Counted from the first letter of the stretch, positions 7,758 to 18,912 are shown. The stretch: 64,000 nt of DNA from Cytophagales bacterium (GCA_030446715.1 JAUJMU010000015.1:36953-100952); one strand, 5' to 3'. Numbers and translations: made by a program. Notes: generated from the letters alone by a model not told the origin.

Positions 7758-10142
7758 ATGCTGGTAAACTACTCTAAAATTGCCTTCCGCAATCTGGTGA
7801 AACACCGGATCTTTTCGGTCATCAACATTGCCGGGCTTTCCGTCGGGATTGCCTGCTGCCTGTTCATCTTCCTTTACATTCAGAATGAGATGAACTACGA
7901 CAAGTTTCACGAAAACGGCGACCGGATTTACCGCGTGCTGCGCAAAGGAGACATGAACGGGGAGGTGGTAGGGGTTCCCTGGACGTCCGGGCCGTACGGA
8001 CCAGCGCTCAAAAATGATTTTCCGGTAGAAATAGTTCATTCGGTACGGGTAATGCCTAACAGCGGGCTAGTTACCTATGGCGACAAATCTTTTCAGGAAA
8101 ACAAGCTTTTCTTTGCCGATTCTACCTTCTTCGGTGTATTCTCCTATCCGCTGCTCAGCAGCAATGCCAGCACGGCGCTGAATAAGCCGAACAGTATGGT
8201 GATCAGCCGGGAAATGGCACAGAAGTATTTTGGGAATGCCGATCCCGTCGGCAAGGTGCTGGACATCGACAACGGTGAGTTTCAGTACGAAGTCACTGGG
8301 GTAATGGGTGCCGCACCGGGCAACACCCACCTTGATTTTGATTTCGTAGCCAACATCGCGCCTTTCGCTGATATGCCCTGGTTCAGTGTCTGGAATAACA
8401 ACGGTCTGGTCACCTACGTGCTGCTGGCTGATAAAGTATCACCGGCCAAGGTGGAAGCCCGGCTGCCCGCGTTCATTGACAAATACATGGGTGAATATTT
8501 TAAACAACAGGGCCGCCGGTCGGATTTAATGCTTCAGCCCCTGTCGGAAATTTATTTTTCCAGAAGTCTTCCGTTTGACCCTTCCCTGCACGGCGATCTG
8601 CAGGTAATCTACCTGTTTGGAGCGGTGGCGCTGTTTATTCTCGCCATTGCCTGCATCAACTTCATGAACCTGAGTACGGCCCGTTCGGCGGGCCGCGCCA
8701 AAGAAGTAGGCATGCGCAAGGTGATGGGTGCCTTCCGCACCGATCTGGTGGTGCAGTTTCTGGGCGAGTCGCTGCTGCTGACGCTGTTCGGGGTATTGCT
8801 GGCCTTAGTGATTGTCTCCATCGGTTTGCCCTGGTTCAGCGCCTTTATTGAAAAACCGCTGGCTCTGCCTCTTGGCAACCCCGTATTCTGGGCCTTTCTG
8901 GGGGGGCTGATTCTGGTGGTTGGTGCGCTGGCCGGCATGTATCCCGCATTCTTTCTGTCGGCGTTCCAGCCCATTAAAGTGCTGAAGGGTAAATTTACGG
9001 CCGGTAAGCAGTCGGCATTGCTGCGCAAAAGTCTGGTGGTGGTGCAGTTCAGCATTTCGGTGCTGCTGATTGTGGGCACCTTTATCATTGTGCGGCAGCT
9101 GGATTACGTGCAGGAGAAAAAACTGGGCTATGACAAAGAGCACACCCTGCTGGTCCGGATCAGCAACAACGATATTTACCAGAACCGGGAAAGCTTTACC
9201 AGTGAAGTAGAACGCCTTACCCAGGTGCAGAGTGCCTCCCGGATGTCGGGCGAACCCGGCGGTTTTCACGACGGCTATACTTTTGACATACAAGGCAAAA
9301 CGGGTGAACTCTGGACAATGCGCACCGTTTTCACCGACCATAATTACGTGAAGACTTTAGGCCTGAAGGTAGTGGCGGGCCGGGATTTTTCGAAGGAATA
9401 CGGCACCGACGCGCTGCATGGGGTGATCCTTAACCAGACGGCCGCGAAAAAACTGGGCTGGACGCCGGAAGAAGCCCTTGGCAAGACGGTGTTCAACAAA
9501 ACCCGTGATTCCCTCCGGCGGCAGGTAGTGGGGGTGGTTGAAGATTTCCACTTTTCTTCGCTGAAGGAAGAAATACAGCCGCTGGCGATTTCCATTGCGC
9601 GGGATAACCGGGTGATTGCCATCAAACTGGCTCCGGGCAATCCGGCTGAGGCCATTTCGCGCATTGAAGCGGCGTGGCGCAAGGTGGCTCCCAAATATCC
9701 TTTCGCCTACGAGTTTCTGGACCAGGTGTACGATAACCTCTACAAGGCTGAGCAAAAACAGCGGGCCATACTCGGCATCTTTGCGGCAGTAGCTATTTTC
9801 GTAGCGTGCCTCGGCTTGTTTGGCCTTGCCGCCTTCACCGCCGAGCAGCGCACCAAAGAAGTAAGCGTCCGGAAAGTACTGGGTGCCAGCACCGGCAACG
9901 TAGTGCTGCTGCTCTCCAAAGACTTTATGAAACTGGTGCTGATTGCCGTGGCACTGGCTACCCCGGTGGCGTGGTACCTTATGCATCAGTGGCTGCAGGA
10001 TTTTGTGTACCGCATTCAGATCAACCCGGGTGTTTTTGTGACAGCCGGTGGGATAGCCGCCGCCATTGCCCTGCTCACGGTGGGTTACCACGCCATCCGC
10101 ACGGCCCTGACGAATCCGGCCGATACACTGCGCAGCGAGTAG
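7758..10142 (+). CDS. FtsX-like (MacB-type) ABC transporter permease, ~800 aa, paralog 1
   Basis: N-terminal anchor FRNLVKHRIFSVINIAGLSVG, two FtsX 4-TM modules (..CINFMNLSTARSAGRAKEVGMRKVMGA.. and ..FTAEQRTKEVSVRKVLGAS..), C-terminus ..NPADTLRSE. Confidence 0.9.
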   Translation: MLVNYSKIAFRNLVKHRIFSVINIAGLSVGIACCLFIFLYIQNEMNYDKFHENGDRIYRVLRKGDMNGEVVGVPWTSGPYGPALKNDFPVEIVHSVRVMPNSGLVTYGDKSFQENKLFFADSTFFGVFSYPLLSSNASTALNKPNSMVISREMAQKYFGNADPVGKVLDIDNGEFQYEVTGVMGAAPGNTHLDFDFVANIAPFADMPWFSVWNNNGLVTYVLLADKVSPAKVEARLPAFIDKYMGEYFKQQGRRSDLMLQPLSEIYFSRSLPFDPSLHGDLQVIYLFGAVALFILAIACINFMNLSTARSAGRAKEVGMRKVMGAFRTDLVVQFLGESLLLTLFGVLLALVIVSIGLPWFSAFIEKPLALPLGNPVFWAFLGGLILVVGALAGMYPAFFLSAFQPIKVLKGKFTAGKQSALLRKSLVVVQFSISVLLIVGTFIIVRQLDYVQEKKLGYDKEHTLLVRISNNDIYQNRESFTSEVERLTQVQSASRMSGEPGGFHDGYTFDIQGKTGELWTMRTVFTDHNYVKTLGLKVVAGRDFSKEYGTDALHGVILNQTAAKKLGWTPEEALGKTVFNKTRDSLRRQVVGVVEDFHFSSLKEEIQPLAISIARDNRVIAIKLAPGNPAEAISRIEAAWRKVAPKYPFAYEFLDQVYDNLYKAEQKQRAILGIFAAVAIFVACLGLFGLAAFTAEQRTKEVSVRKVLGASTGNVVLLLSKDFMKLVLIAVALATPVAWYLMHQWLQDFVYRIQINPGVFVTAGGIAAAIALLTVGYHAIRTALTNPADTLRSE

Positions 10143-10203
10143 TTTCATTCAAGGTTAAATTCGGAATAGACTTGTTTTTGATATTCAATGGCTTAATGGA
10201 AAG

Positions 10204-10349
10204 AACCACCCCCGGCCTCTCCTTGAAAAAAGGAGGGGAGTCGTACCCATCGGCTTCGTCTAAAAGGAAAGTATCGTATACGCCTCCTGCTGATGCAGCC
10301 GTACCGTTCGGGTTCCCCTCCTTCCTTCAAAGAGGGGACAGGGGTGGTT
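10204..10349. repeat. GC-rich compound inverted repeat (AACCACCCC...GGGGTGGTT family)
   Basis: Outer arms AACCACCCC / GGGGTGGTT, each next to an internal hairpin (CTCTCCTTGAAAAAAGGAGGGG; CCCCTCC..GAGGGG). Related copy at 46337-46428. Confidence 0.6.
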
Positions 10350-10452
10350 ATTCTTTACAAACATTCCATCTCCCTGTAAATCAAATAGGAATGAGTCTAA
10401 TGAATGTGAGTAGCCTTCATTCAGGAATCAAAAATTAAACACCACCAAAGCC

Positions 10453-12855
10453 ATGTTCCGCAGTTATTTCATCATTGCCGTCCGGACCATCCTGAAGAAT
10501 AAAGTTTTTTCCGGAATCAACATCATTGGCCTTGGGGTAAGTATGTCAGTCAGCCTGCTCATTCTGCTGATGGTGGCCGATCAGTATACCTGGGATATGG
10601 ACAACCCCAACAAAGACCGCGTATACCGGATCAATTCCAAAAGTAATGCGGGAGATGATGCGGTATTTGCCACTGCTCCGGCACCTCTGGCAACGCAGCT
10701 GAAGCAGGAGTATGCAGGGTTGGAAAAAGTAACTACCATCAGCCGGTTCTGGGCGAATGCCCACAGGGGAAATGGTATTTTGCCTTTTTCCGGGTTTTAC
10801 GCGAGTGCCGAATTTCCGGAGGTGATGCAGCCCGTATGGGAGAAAGGTGATCCCGGTACGGCATTAAAGGAACCGTTCAGTCTGGTACTCAGCCGGGAGA
10901 TGGCCAGAAAAGTTTATGGCAAGGAAGACCCTCTGGGGAAGACCTTAAGGGTCGTAAATTCCGGGGGCGATCTGCTCGGTAATTTCAAAATCACGGGCAT
11001 TCTCGGCAAAACGGCGCACCGTTCTCACCTGCAGTACGACGTGCTGGTTTCCTTCTCCACCATTGCTTCACTGGAAAAAAGCAACCAACATTCAGCTTCT
11101 CTGGGCGACTGGCAAAACCTGAACAACTATTATGTATATGTGCTTTTAAAGAAAAACCAGACCGTTACCAATCTGCAACCGGTACTGAACCGGATTATCA
11201 AAAGAAATATTCCCGAAAGGAAGGCGTTTTCAGTAGGCTCTTTTCAGGCCCAGGCCCTGCGGGCCATTAATCCTGCCCAGGATGCAATAACTAATACGCC
11301 GGGACCTACTTTAAAATTTTCCATTCTGTACCTGTTTGCCGGACTGGCGCTGATCGTAATGTTATCGGCCTGCGCCAACTACACCAATCTTTCGGTTGCC
11401 CGGGCCCTGAAGCGGGCCCGCGAGGTGGGCATCCGCAAAGTCAGCGGGGCGGTACGGTCTCAGATTGTACTGCAGTTTCTGCTGGAGGCCGTAGTGATTG
11501 CTCTTCTGTCTTTGGGCATTGCCGTAGGGTTACTCCAGATTCTCCGGCCGGCGTTTTACAGTCTTGACCCCTTTACCCGGGAACTCTTCCACCTGGAGGG
11601 TAGTCCGATGGTGTACGGAGCCTTCTTGGTTTTTGCGATATTTATCGGCATCATTTCTGGTTGGATACCTGCCCTGTACCTTTCCAGATTTCAGCCGGTG
11701 CAGGTGCTGAAAAACTTAGCCGGGGTAAAACTATTTTCGCGCATAACGTTGCGGAAAGGGCTGGTTGTGTTTCAGTTCATTCTTTCCCTTGTGTTTATCA
11801 TTACTGCCCTGGTAGCCTGGCGCCAGTTCAATTACGTAGTCAATGCCGACCTGGGCTACCAGACTGACGATGTGGTAAATGTGAATCTGAAGGGGCAGTC
11901 CTACGAAAGGTACCGGCAGACGGTTGCCAGCCTTAAGGAAGTGGTTTCGGTTTCGGGTAGCTCTCTTATTCCCAATTCCGGAAACAACTATAGCGTGAAC
12001 CTGAAAAAAGCAGACAGAACGGATTCCCTGCAGGCCGATGCCATGTCGGTTGACCCCAATTTTGTATCGCTTATGCAGATGAAGCTGATTGCCGGCCGTA
12101 CTTTCCCGCAGCTCGATTCGGCAGCGGGGGAGCGGTACGTAATGCTGAATGAAACCGCGGCTGCACGTCTCAAGATGGGCAGTCCGGCGGAGGTGGTCGG
12201 GCAACTGGTGGTGCTTAACCAGAGGCCGGTGGAAATCATCGGCGTGGTGAAGGATTTTGTGTACCGTTCGGTGCAGGATAAAACGGGCCCCGTCGTGTTG
12301 CGCAACCTTGCCGGAGAGATGCAGTACGCCAATATCCGGATCAAGAGCCGGGACATTAACACGGCAACAACTGCGCTGGAGTCCGTCTGGAAGCAGGTGC
12401 ACCCGCAATTTCCCTTCCGGTACGAGTTCTTCAATGATACCGTCTCGAAGACGCACATTGGTTTTAATATCATCATGAAAGTAGTGGGGCTGGCCGGATT
12501 CCTTGCCATTGTCATTGCCTGTCTGGGTCTGCTGGGCATGGTCATGTACAGCACCGAGGCCAGAATAAAGGAGGTAAGCATCCGCAAGATATTGGGGGCG
12601 GAGGTAAGCCAGGTTGTGCTGCTGCTTTCCCGGGGATTTCTGCTGCTGATGGCATTGGCGATTCTGATTGCAGTACCCGCTGCTGTCTTCATCAACTCAC
12701 TGTGGCTGCAGAACTACGCCTACCGTATTGAGGTCGGGGCCGGCATTGTTCTTACCGGCGTGGGTGTTTTGCTGCTGCTCGGGTTAATTACCATCGGTTC
12801 TCAGGTGGTAAAAGCAGCTCTCACCAATCCGGCTGATACGCTGAGATCGGAGTAG
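10453..12855 (+). CDS. FtsX-like (MacB-type) ABC transporter permease, paralog 2
   Basis: Same architecture as 7758-10142, with an identical C-terminal ..LTNPADTLRSE. Confidence 0.9.
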   Translation: MFRSYFIIAVRTILKNKVFSGINIIGLGVSMSVSLLILLMVADQYTWDMDNPNKDRVYRINSKSNAGDDAVFATAPAPLATQLKQEYAGLEKVTTISRFWANAHRGNGILPFSGFYASAEFPEVMQPVWEKGDPGTALKEPFSLVLSREMARKVYGKEDPLGKTLRVVNSGGDLLGNFKITGILGKTAHRSHLQYDVLVSFSTIASLEKSNQHSASLGDWQNLNNYYVYVLLKKNQTVTNLQPVLNRIIKRNIPERKAFSVGSFQAQALRAINPAQDAITNTPGPTLKFSILYLFAGLALIVMLSACANYTNLSVARALKRAREVGIRKVSGAVRSQIVLQFLLEAVVIALLSLGIAVGLLQILRPAFYSLDPFTRELFHLEGSPMVYGAFLVFAIFIGIISGWIPALYLSRFQPVQVLKNLAGVKLFSRITLRKGLVVFQFILSLVFIITALVAWRQFNYVVNADLGYQTDDVVNVNLKGQSYERYRQTVASLKEVVSVSGSSLIPNSGNNYSVNLKKADRTDSLQADAMSVDPNFVSLMQMKLIAGRTFPQLDSAAGERYVMLNETAAARLKMGSPAEVVGQLVVLNQRPVEIIGVVKDFVYRSVQDKTGPVVLRNLAGEMQYANIRIKSRDINTATTALESVWKQVHPQFPFRYEFFNDTVSKTHIGFNIIMKVVGLAGFLAIVIACLGLLGMVMYSTEARIKEVSIRKILGAEVSQVVLLLSRGFLLLMALAILIAVPAAVFINSLWLQNYAYRIEVGAGIVLTGVGVLLLLGLITIGSQVVKAALTNPADTLRSE

Positions 12856-12894
12856 GGGAGGCCTGAGAAAGGGAAACCGGATGGGAATTTGCGG

Positions 12895-12930
12895 CCTTTG
12901 CGTGAGACAAACTTTTATTTCACGCAAAGG
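12895..12930. terminator. Hairpin of the CACGCAAAG repeat family downstream of permease 2
   Basis: CCTTTGCGTGA (12895-12905) pairs with TCACGCAAAGG (12920-12930) across a 14-nt loop. Further CGCAAAG units follow. Confidence 0.45.
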
Positions 12931-13079
12931 CGCTAAGAGTACCGCAAAGAGAAATAAATACAGAGCAGAAAAGCCTGTTCTGCTGCTTCTCCTGCAGGAA
13001 AAGTTATTTGTCGTGCAACCCGGGGCTGCCTTTTTACATCTCCCGGACATCAGGCTGAAAATTCATAAACACTTCCACC

Positions 13080-13699
13080 ATGAAAAAGCTTTTCTACCTC
13101 CTCCTGCTGCTGTTGCCGGCACTGGCCGTGGCACAGAACAATGTAGACGCCCGGGAAATCATCGACAAGATCAACCGCGGCGAGACAGTCACGTACCGCA
13201 ATGCCACCATCACCGGCAAGCTTGATTTTACCGGGCTCAGCAACCGCACCCTGAAGCCCGAAAAGACTTACGCCAGCTGGACCGGAAGGACAAAAACCTT
13301 TATCAGCACCGTAAACGTACCCCTGCAGTTTACCAACTGCACCTTTACGGATGAAGTGCTGGCTTACTACAGCGTAGAAAAGGAGAATGATGAAGGCGGT
13401 AGTGAGATTTACAAAGCTGACTTCAATCAGGATGTGCTGTTTGAGGGGATGCACCTTTAAAGGGCAGAGTCGTTTGCTTTCAGCCTCTTTAGCAGTATTC
13501 CATATTTACGGAAAAAGCCTTCTTTGCCGGCAGTCGTTTCAATAACGAAGCCTTGTTTAGGTATACCGTCTTCAAGACCACGCCTGATTTCAGCAACGCT
13601 GTTTTTGAGGAGGAAGCAAACTTCAAGTACACTAAATTCAAAGAATCGGTGAATTTCAGCGGGGCTACATTCCGAATAGCGGCCATTAAATGTTTTTGA
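13080..13699 (+). pseudogene. Secreted pentapeptide-repeat-like protein with apparent frameshifts
   Basis: Intact part 13080-13460 has signal peptide MKKLFYLLLLLLPALAVAQ. The repeat-like sequence continues in other frames (CTFKG.., AESFAFSLFSS.., EKAFFAGSRFNNEALFRYTVFK..ANFKYTKFKESVNFSGATF). The shifts sit at G-runs. Confidence 0.55.
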
Positions 13700-13798
13700 T
13701 AGCAAATGGAATTTGTGAATTTCAAATGCTCAAAATTCCTTTTTCCGGCAGGAAGCCATTCCTGCTACAGTTCTCCATTTGCCTAAAACCTGAGGGCC

Positions 13799-16221
13799 AT
13801 GTTCAAGAATTACGTTATTGTCGCCTTCCGCAATCTCTGGAAAAACAAGGCTTATTCCTTCCTTAATATAGCCGGCAAGTCTGGCCCACGCCGTGGGTAT
13901 GGCTTGCAGCATCCTCATCCTGTTCTGGGTGGAACGAGGGTACGAAAGGATCTACGAACAATCCGTTTTAGCACCGAAGCAGCTGATATTTACTACATCC
14001 GCGAAAACCAGACCTACGAAGGCCGGTAAAATTTTCACCTGTTCGGTGCTACGCCACCGGATATTTACTACATCCGCGAAAACCGACCTGCGAAGGCGGC
14101 GGAGGGGTCCGCTGGCGGAGGGGCGATTTCCCGGAAATCATAGAAGCCGTGCGGGTAAACTGGAACAGTAATGTGCTGTTTGCCTACGGGGAGAAGCGGT
14201 TCCGCGAGGAGGGTAAATACGCCGATCCGGGCTTCTCTTCAATCTGTTCTCCTTCCGGTCCTGAAAGGCGACCCCAAAACGGCTCTGAATGACATTCACT
14301 CCGTGGTGATTACCCGGAAAATGGCTGAGAAATACTTCGGCAACCCGAGGACCCGATCGGCAAAGTCATGCGCCTGAACAACAAGGAAGATTATAAGGTA
14401 ACTGCCGTACTGGAAGATATTCCCCCCAACTCCAGCATCAGTTTCGACTTTCTGCTGCCCTTCGGGAATTTTTTACGAGAAAATGAGTGGTTGAATCATT
14501 GGGGCAACAACGGGCTGCAGACCTTTATAAAGCTGCGGCCCGGCGCTTCGGGCGAAGCCGTGAACCGGAAGATTGCCAACTATATAAAAAAGAACAACAA
14601 TGACTCCAACGCGGAACTGGTGCTCCAGCCGCTGACGGATATTCGCTTATATTCTGAGTACAAGGACGGCAAAAATGTGGGTGGCCGGATTTCGTACGTA
14701 CGTTTATTCGCCGTGGTGGCGCTGTTCATTCTGGCCATTGCCTGCATCAACTTCATGAACCTGAGTACGGCCCGTTCGGAAAAGCGCAGCAAGGAAGTAG
14801 GCGTACGCAAGGTGATGGGTGCCGTCCGGGGCCTGCTGATCCGGCAGTTTCTGGGCGAGTCGCTGCTGATGTCGGTGCTGGCCCTGTTTCTGGCGCTGGT
14901 GCTGGTGTCGGTGGTAATGCCGTTTTTCAACGAAATAGCCGGCAAAAAACTGGTACTGAACTGGCTTGATGGCGAGCACTGGCTGCTGTTTGCCGCCATC
15001 ACGGTCTTTACCGGGGTGCTTGCCGGGAGTTATCCGGCCCTGTTCCTGTCGGGCTTTAACCCGGTGCAGGTGCTGAAGGGCACCGTCAAGACGGGCAAGG
15101 CCGCCGTACGGTTCCGGCAGGTACTGGTGGTGGGGCAGTTCTTTTTCTCCATTCTGCTCATCATTGCCACAATCATCGTGTTTCAGCAGATCAATTACCT
15201 GCGCAACCGGCCGCTGGGCTACGATAAGGATAACCTGATGATGGTGTACATACAGGGCAACATGCACGACAGTTACGAAAGCATCAAAAGGGACTTGTTA
15301 CAGGTCGGCGGCGTGAGCAGCGTAACCAAGTCCTCGCAATCTGTTTTTGAGGTGGGCAGCAACACCGGTGATGTACATTGAGCCGGTAAACCGGAAGGCA
15401 TGAATACCCTGTTCGGGGTGGTGCAGACGGATTATGATTTTACCAGAACCTTAGGCATGCAGCTGAAGGATGGCCGCGACTTCTCCCCGGACCGCGGCAC
15501 CGATTCGCTGTCCGTCCTGATCAATGAAGAATCCGCCCGGCGCATGGGCATGAAAGACCCGGTCGGTAAAACCTTGAAGCTTTGGGACAAGGACTACTCC
15601 ATCATCGGGCTGCTGAAGGATTTCCATTACAATTCGGTGTATTCGCCGGTGGAGCCGCTGATCGTTCAGCTGGCACCGCAGGACAGCTACATTTTCGTGA
15701 GAACGGAGAAAAACATACCGTTGCCCGCTACCATTGCATCGGTAGAGGGCGTATTCAGAAAATTCAACCCGGCCTATCCCTTTGAATACCGCTTTCTGGA
15801 CGATGAACTGGAAAAGTCTTTCAAAAGTGAGCAGCAACTGGGGCAGCTGGCTGCCTGGTTTGCCGGACTGGCCGTACTGATTTCGTGCCTCGGCTTATTC
15901 GGGCTGGCCATGTTTACCGCCGAGCAGCGCCGCAAGGAAATAGGGGTGCGCAAAGTGTTGGGGGCATCGGTATCCGGCGTGGTGATGCTGCTGGCGAAGG
16001 AATTCCTGAAGCTGGTGCTGGTGGCTTTCCTGATTGCCGTGCCCGTGGCGTGGTACGCGGCCGGCCAGTGGCTGCAGTCATTTGCCTACCGGACCGATGT
16101 TACGTGGTGGGTATTTGCCCTCACCGGCAGCCTAGCCCTTTTTATTGCCCTACTTACGGTCAGTTTCCAGTCACTGAGGGCGGCACTGGCTAACCCGGTG
16201 AAGTCGCTGCGGAGTGAGTAG
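13799..16221 (+). pseudogene. FtsX-like permease, paralog 3, disrupted
   Basis: Pieces 13799-, 13893-, 14171-, 14368-15381 and 15400-16221 together rebuild a full paralog. At least 3 frame changes lie in the first 600 bp. There is a 75-bp-period tandem duplication (13985-14023 / 14060-14097) and an in-frame TGA at 15379-15381 (..GDVH*AGKPEG, Trp expected). Confidence 0.8.
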
Positions 16222-16228
16222 CCCCCTG

Positions 16229-16243
16229 TCCCCCGAAGGGGGA
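16229..16243. terminator. Short GC hairpin between convergent genes
   Basis: TCCCCCGAAGGGGGA (6-bp stem, GAA loop) lies between permease 3 (+) and the last glycosyltransferase (-). Confidence 0.35.
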
Positions 16244-16325
16244 ACTGTGGCAGATTTACGCGTGGAAATGGGAGCAGATGCAGTGGGTTGACTGGTTACC
16301 GGACAACTAATAGCCAGCAACCAGT

Positions 16326-17531
16326 TCAACTGAACAAAATTTTGTACTGCCCGGCAAAGTCAGATTCTGCCACAAAACGGCGGACAACGCCCTGCGCACC
16401 GGCACAGTACTGGTCATATTCAGCCTGACCCATGCGGGAGGCACGCAGGATGGCTTCCGGCAGAGACTGCGGTTCGCGCAGATCCAGATCCCAGCCGGCT
16501 CCCTGTGCCTGAAGTCTCTTCCACGGCGTCTGGTCGCTGATAATTACGGGACGACCCGCATTGAGCGACTCATAAATGGCATGCCCGAAATTTTCTCCTT
16601 TGGATGGCAGCACGAAAAAGTGGTGCTGCTGCAGCGTGGCCGTTACTTCCGTCGGGTGAATATTGCCGTGCCAGGTAACCTTGATGGAAGGTTTGAGGGT
16701 GGCTATCACCTGCTGACAAGCCCGCCAGTACTCCGGATCCTTTACCGGACCGTAAATATGGTATTCGACCGAAAGGTCATTTTCGAGCGCCTTGAGCGTT
16801 TCCAGCATCGTCAGGTGACCCTTCTTGGCCGTGATGAGCGAAATAGTCACCAGCTTCAGGTTACCCGGTTGTTTGACAATGGGTCCGGGTAACTGAGTGG
16901 TAAGGTCGGGGGTGTCGTTGGCCAGCACCACAGCGACCTCCTTGCCGAACATACGCCGGATATCGGTTACTTCCTGCGGGTCGGTGGCGTGCCAGCGGAT
17001 GTGCTGGTGCAGACCAAATGCCTTGAAGATGGTGAAGTAGGCCTTCTTCTTCAGCGGCTTTACCGACAGGGCACCCTGCTGCAACATGCCCCGGGGTGCC
17101 ACGATTACCACCGGCCGGGGCCGCAGCCGGCGGGCCGCAAGCAAGGCGAAAACTACAAACGGAAGAGAAAATATGCCGTTAATGTACACCACCTCCGGGC
17201 CAAACTCAGCCATCAGTCTGCCTATTTTTCCAGTTTGCTGGTTTGCGGGAGAAAGGTAGATAACCCGTGCTTCATCCTTGAACCACAACCACTGGTCAGA
17301 CTGCACGGCCGGCAAGGGTGCCTTTGTACCAAGGTCCGAGTTGCCCGTGATCACCGCGAAGGAGAAGGGGCCATTGAAGTTATGCACAAGGTTTTCCAGT
17401 GAACGCACGATACCACCTGCCCGGTAAGCCGGGGCAAAATGCTCCGTCAGGATCAGCACCTTCCTTGCGGCCGGGGCAGGTTCCGGGCTGGAGGCTGGAC
17501 TTATTTGTTCGATGATTTGAGAATCAGCCAT
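16326..17531 (-). CDS. Glycosyltransferase family 4 (GT-B, Glycos_transf_1)
   Basis: C-terminal motif LPSKGENFGHAIYESLNAGRPVIISD. Last gene of the polysaccharide locus. Confidence 0.85.
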   Translation of the reverse strand: MADSQIIEQISPASSPEPAPAARKVLILTEHFAPAYRAGGIVRSLENLVHNFNGPFSFAVITGNSDLGTKAPLPAVQSDQWLWFKDEARVIYLSPANQQTGKIGRLMAEFGPEVVYINGIFSLPFVVFALLAARRLRPRPVVIVAPRGMLQQGALSVKPLKKKAYFTIFKAFGLHQHIRWHATDPQEVTDIRRMFGKEVAVVLANDTPDLTTQLPGPIVKQPGNLKLVTISLITAKKGHLTMLETLKALENDLSVEYHIYGPVKDPEYWRACQQVIATLKPSIKVTWHGNIHPTEVTATLQQHHFFVLPSKGENFGHAIYESLNAGRPVIISDQTPWKRLQAQGAGWDLDLREPQSLPEAILRASRMGQAEYDQYCAGAQGVVRRFVAESDFAGQYKILFS

Positions 17532-17643
17532 TTTTATTTGATTTCGAATTCATATCCGGATCAAGTTTTTAAATCTGATCACCGGTTTCATCTCTCCGGA
17601 GGAGTCGGACCAGTGTTTTATGTTCAACCATTCATGGGTCAGA

Positions 17644-18912
17644 TCAGTGCGCGGCCGGTGAGGTTACTGCGTCAGCCTGCTTCTCCCAGATTTGCATCAT
17701 GGCCTTCTGCACTTGCCCGTAATAGTTGTCCCAGGTGTAGGCCTGGGCCGCCGCATGGGCTTTCCGGCCAATAATTTCGAGCTGTTCGCGATTCTGATAG
17801 AAGAACAGGATGCGTTCCTTCAGCGCCTCCATGTCATCTACCGGTACCACAAAACCACCACCCTGGCGCACGGCATCGCGGGAGCCGGTATGTTCACTGA
17901 CCACTACCGGCGTACCGCAGGCCATAGCTTCCAGCACCGTCATGGCCCAGCTATCCAGGTAGGAAGGAAACACAAACAGGTCGGCTTGCTGGTAGTATTT
18001 TACCAGATCGTCGTGCAGCAGGTAAGGCACGTGCGTAAACAGGCCCGGGTACTTCTCCATGGTTGCCTTGCTGTCGGCCATTGAGCCCACGAAAGTAAGG
18101 GTGGCATCGGGCAGGTTCAGTTCTTTGAAAGTGTCCAGCAGCAGCCGCACGCCTTTCCGGTTGGAGATCTGCCCCACAAACAGGAGGTTAAAAGGACCAG
18201 ACCGCCGGTAAGACGCTTTAGGCGTGAACAAGGCAGGATCAAACCCAAGGTTTACGGTAAATATTTTTTCACCGGGTACCCCGGCATCTGTCAGGGTCTG
18301 CCGGGCGTAGTTGGACAGGGTCAGGATATAATCCGTGTATTCGTATTCAGCGGCTTTGGTGGCGTTGATCTTGGCGTAAAACTTTTCGTCTTTCACGATT
18401 TCGGCCATGTCGCGGTAGTTGCGCCGCAGCTCCATGATGTGCGAATAATGCACCTGCGCCAGATCCAGTACGGTAATCTTGCCAAGGGCCCTGGCTTTCC
18501 GAAACGTTTCCAGTGAAGACTTCTCATAGCCGATTACCATATCGGGGTCGTATTCGGCCAGCCGGCCGGCCACGGCCCGGTCGTGGAAGCGTTCAACGGG
18601 ATACACCCACTCTTCGCCGTGGGCATCCATAACCAGGTTAGCTGCCTGCCGCACCGACTCCGCGAAGGGGACCATTACGATCCGGTCATCCTGCAGCGGC
18701 GCGAAATATTTCTTTTTGAAAAGCTTTTCTACTTTGGTCCGGACGCCACCCGGCAAAGCACCGATGGCCCTGAAAAAAGGGTGGTCGGGTTTATACCACA
18801 GAGAAGTAACGAAGTGCTGAAGCATGCCCTGCTGTTGGAGTGCATAGCATAGTTGGTGCACGTATTGCTTACCCGGATGCGAGACTAAGATTTGAGGTTT
18901 TTTGTTTTTCAT
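17644..18912 (-). CDS. Glycosyltransferase family 4
   Basis: Motif VFPSYLDSWAMTVLEAMACGTPVVVSEHTG. Start set at MKNKKPQILV. Confidence 0.85.
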   Translation of the reverse strand: MKNKKPQILVSHPGKQYVHQLCYALQQQGMLQHFVTSLWYKPDHPFFRAIGALPGGVRTKVEKLFKKKYFAPLQDDRIVMVPFAESVRQAANLVMDAHGEEWVYPVERFHDRAVAGRLAEYDPDMVIGYEKSSLETFRKARALGKITVLDLAQVHYSHIMELRRNYRDMAEIVKDEKFYAKINATKAAEYEYTDYILTLSNYARQTLTDAGVPGEKIFTVNLGFDPALFTPKASYRRSGPFNLLFVGQISNRKGVRLLLDTFKELNLPDATLTFVGSMADSKATMEKYPGLFTHVPYLLHDDLVKYYQQADLFVFPSYLDSWAMTVLEAMACGTPVVVSEHTGSRDAVRQGGGFVVPVDDMEALKERILFFYQNREQLEIIGRKAHAAAQAYTWDNYYGQVQKAMMQIWEKQADAVTSPAAH

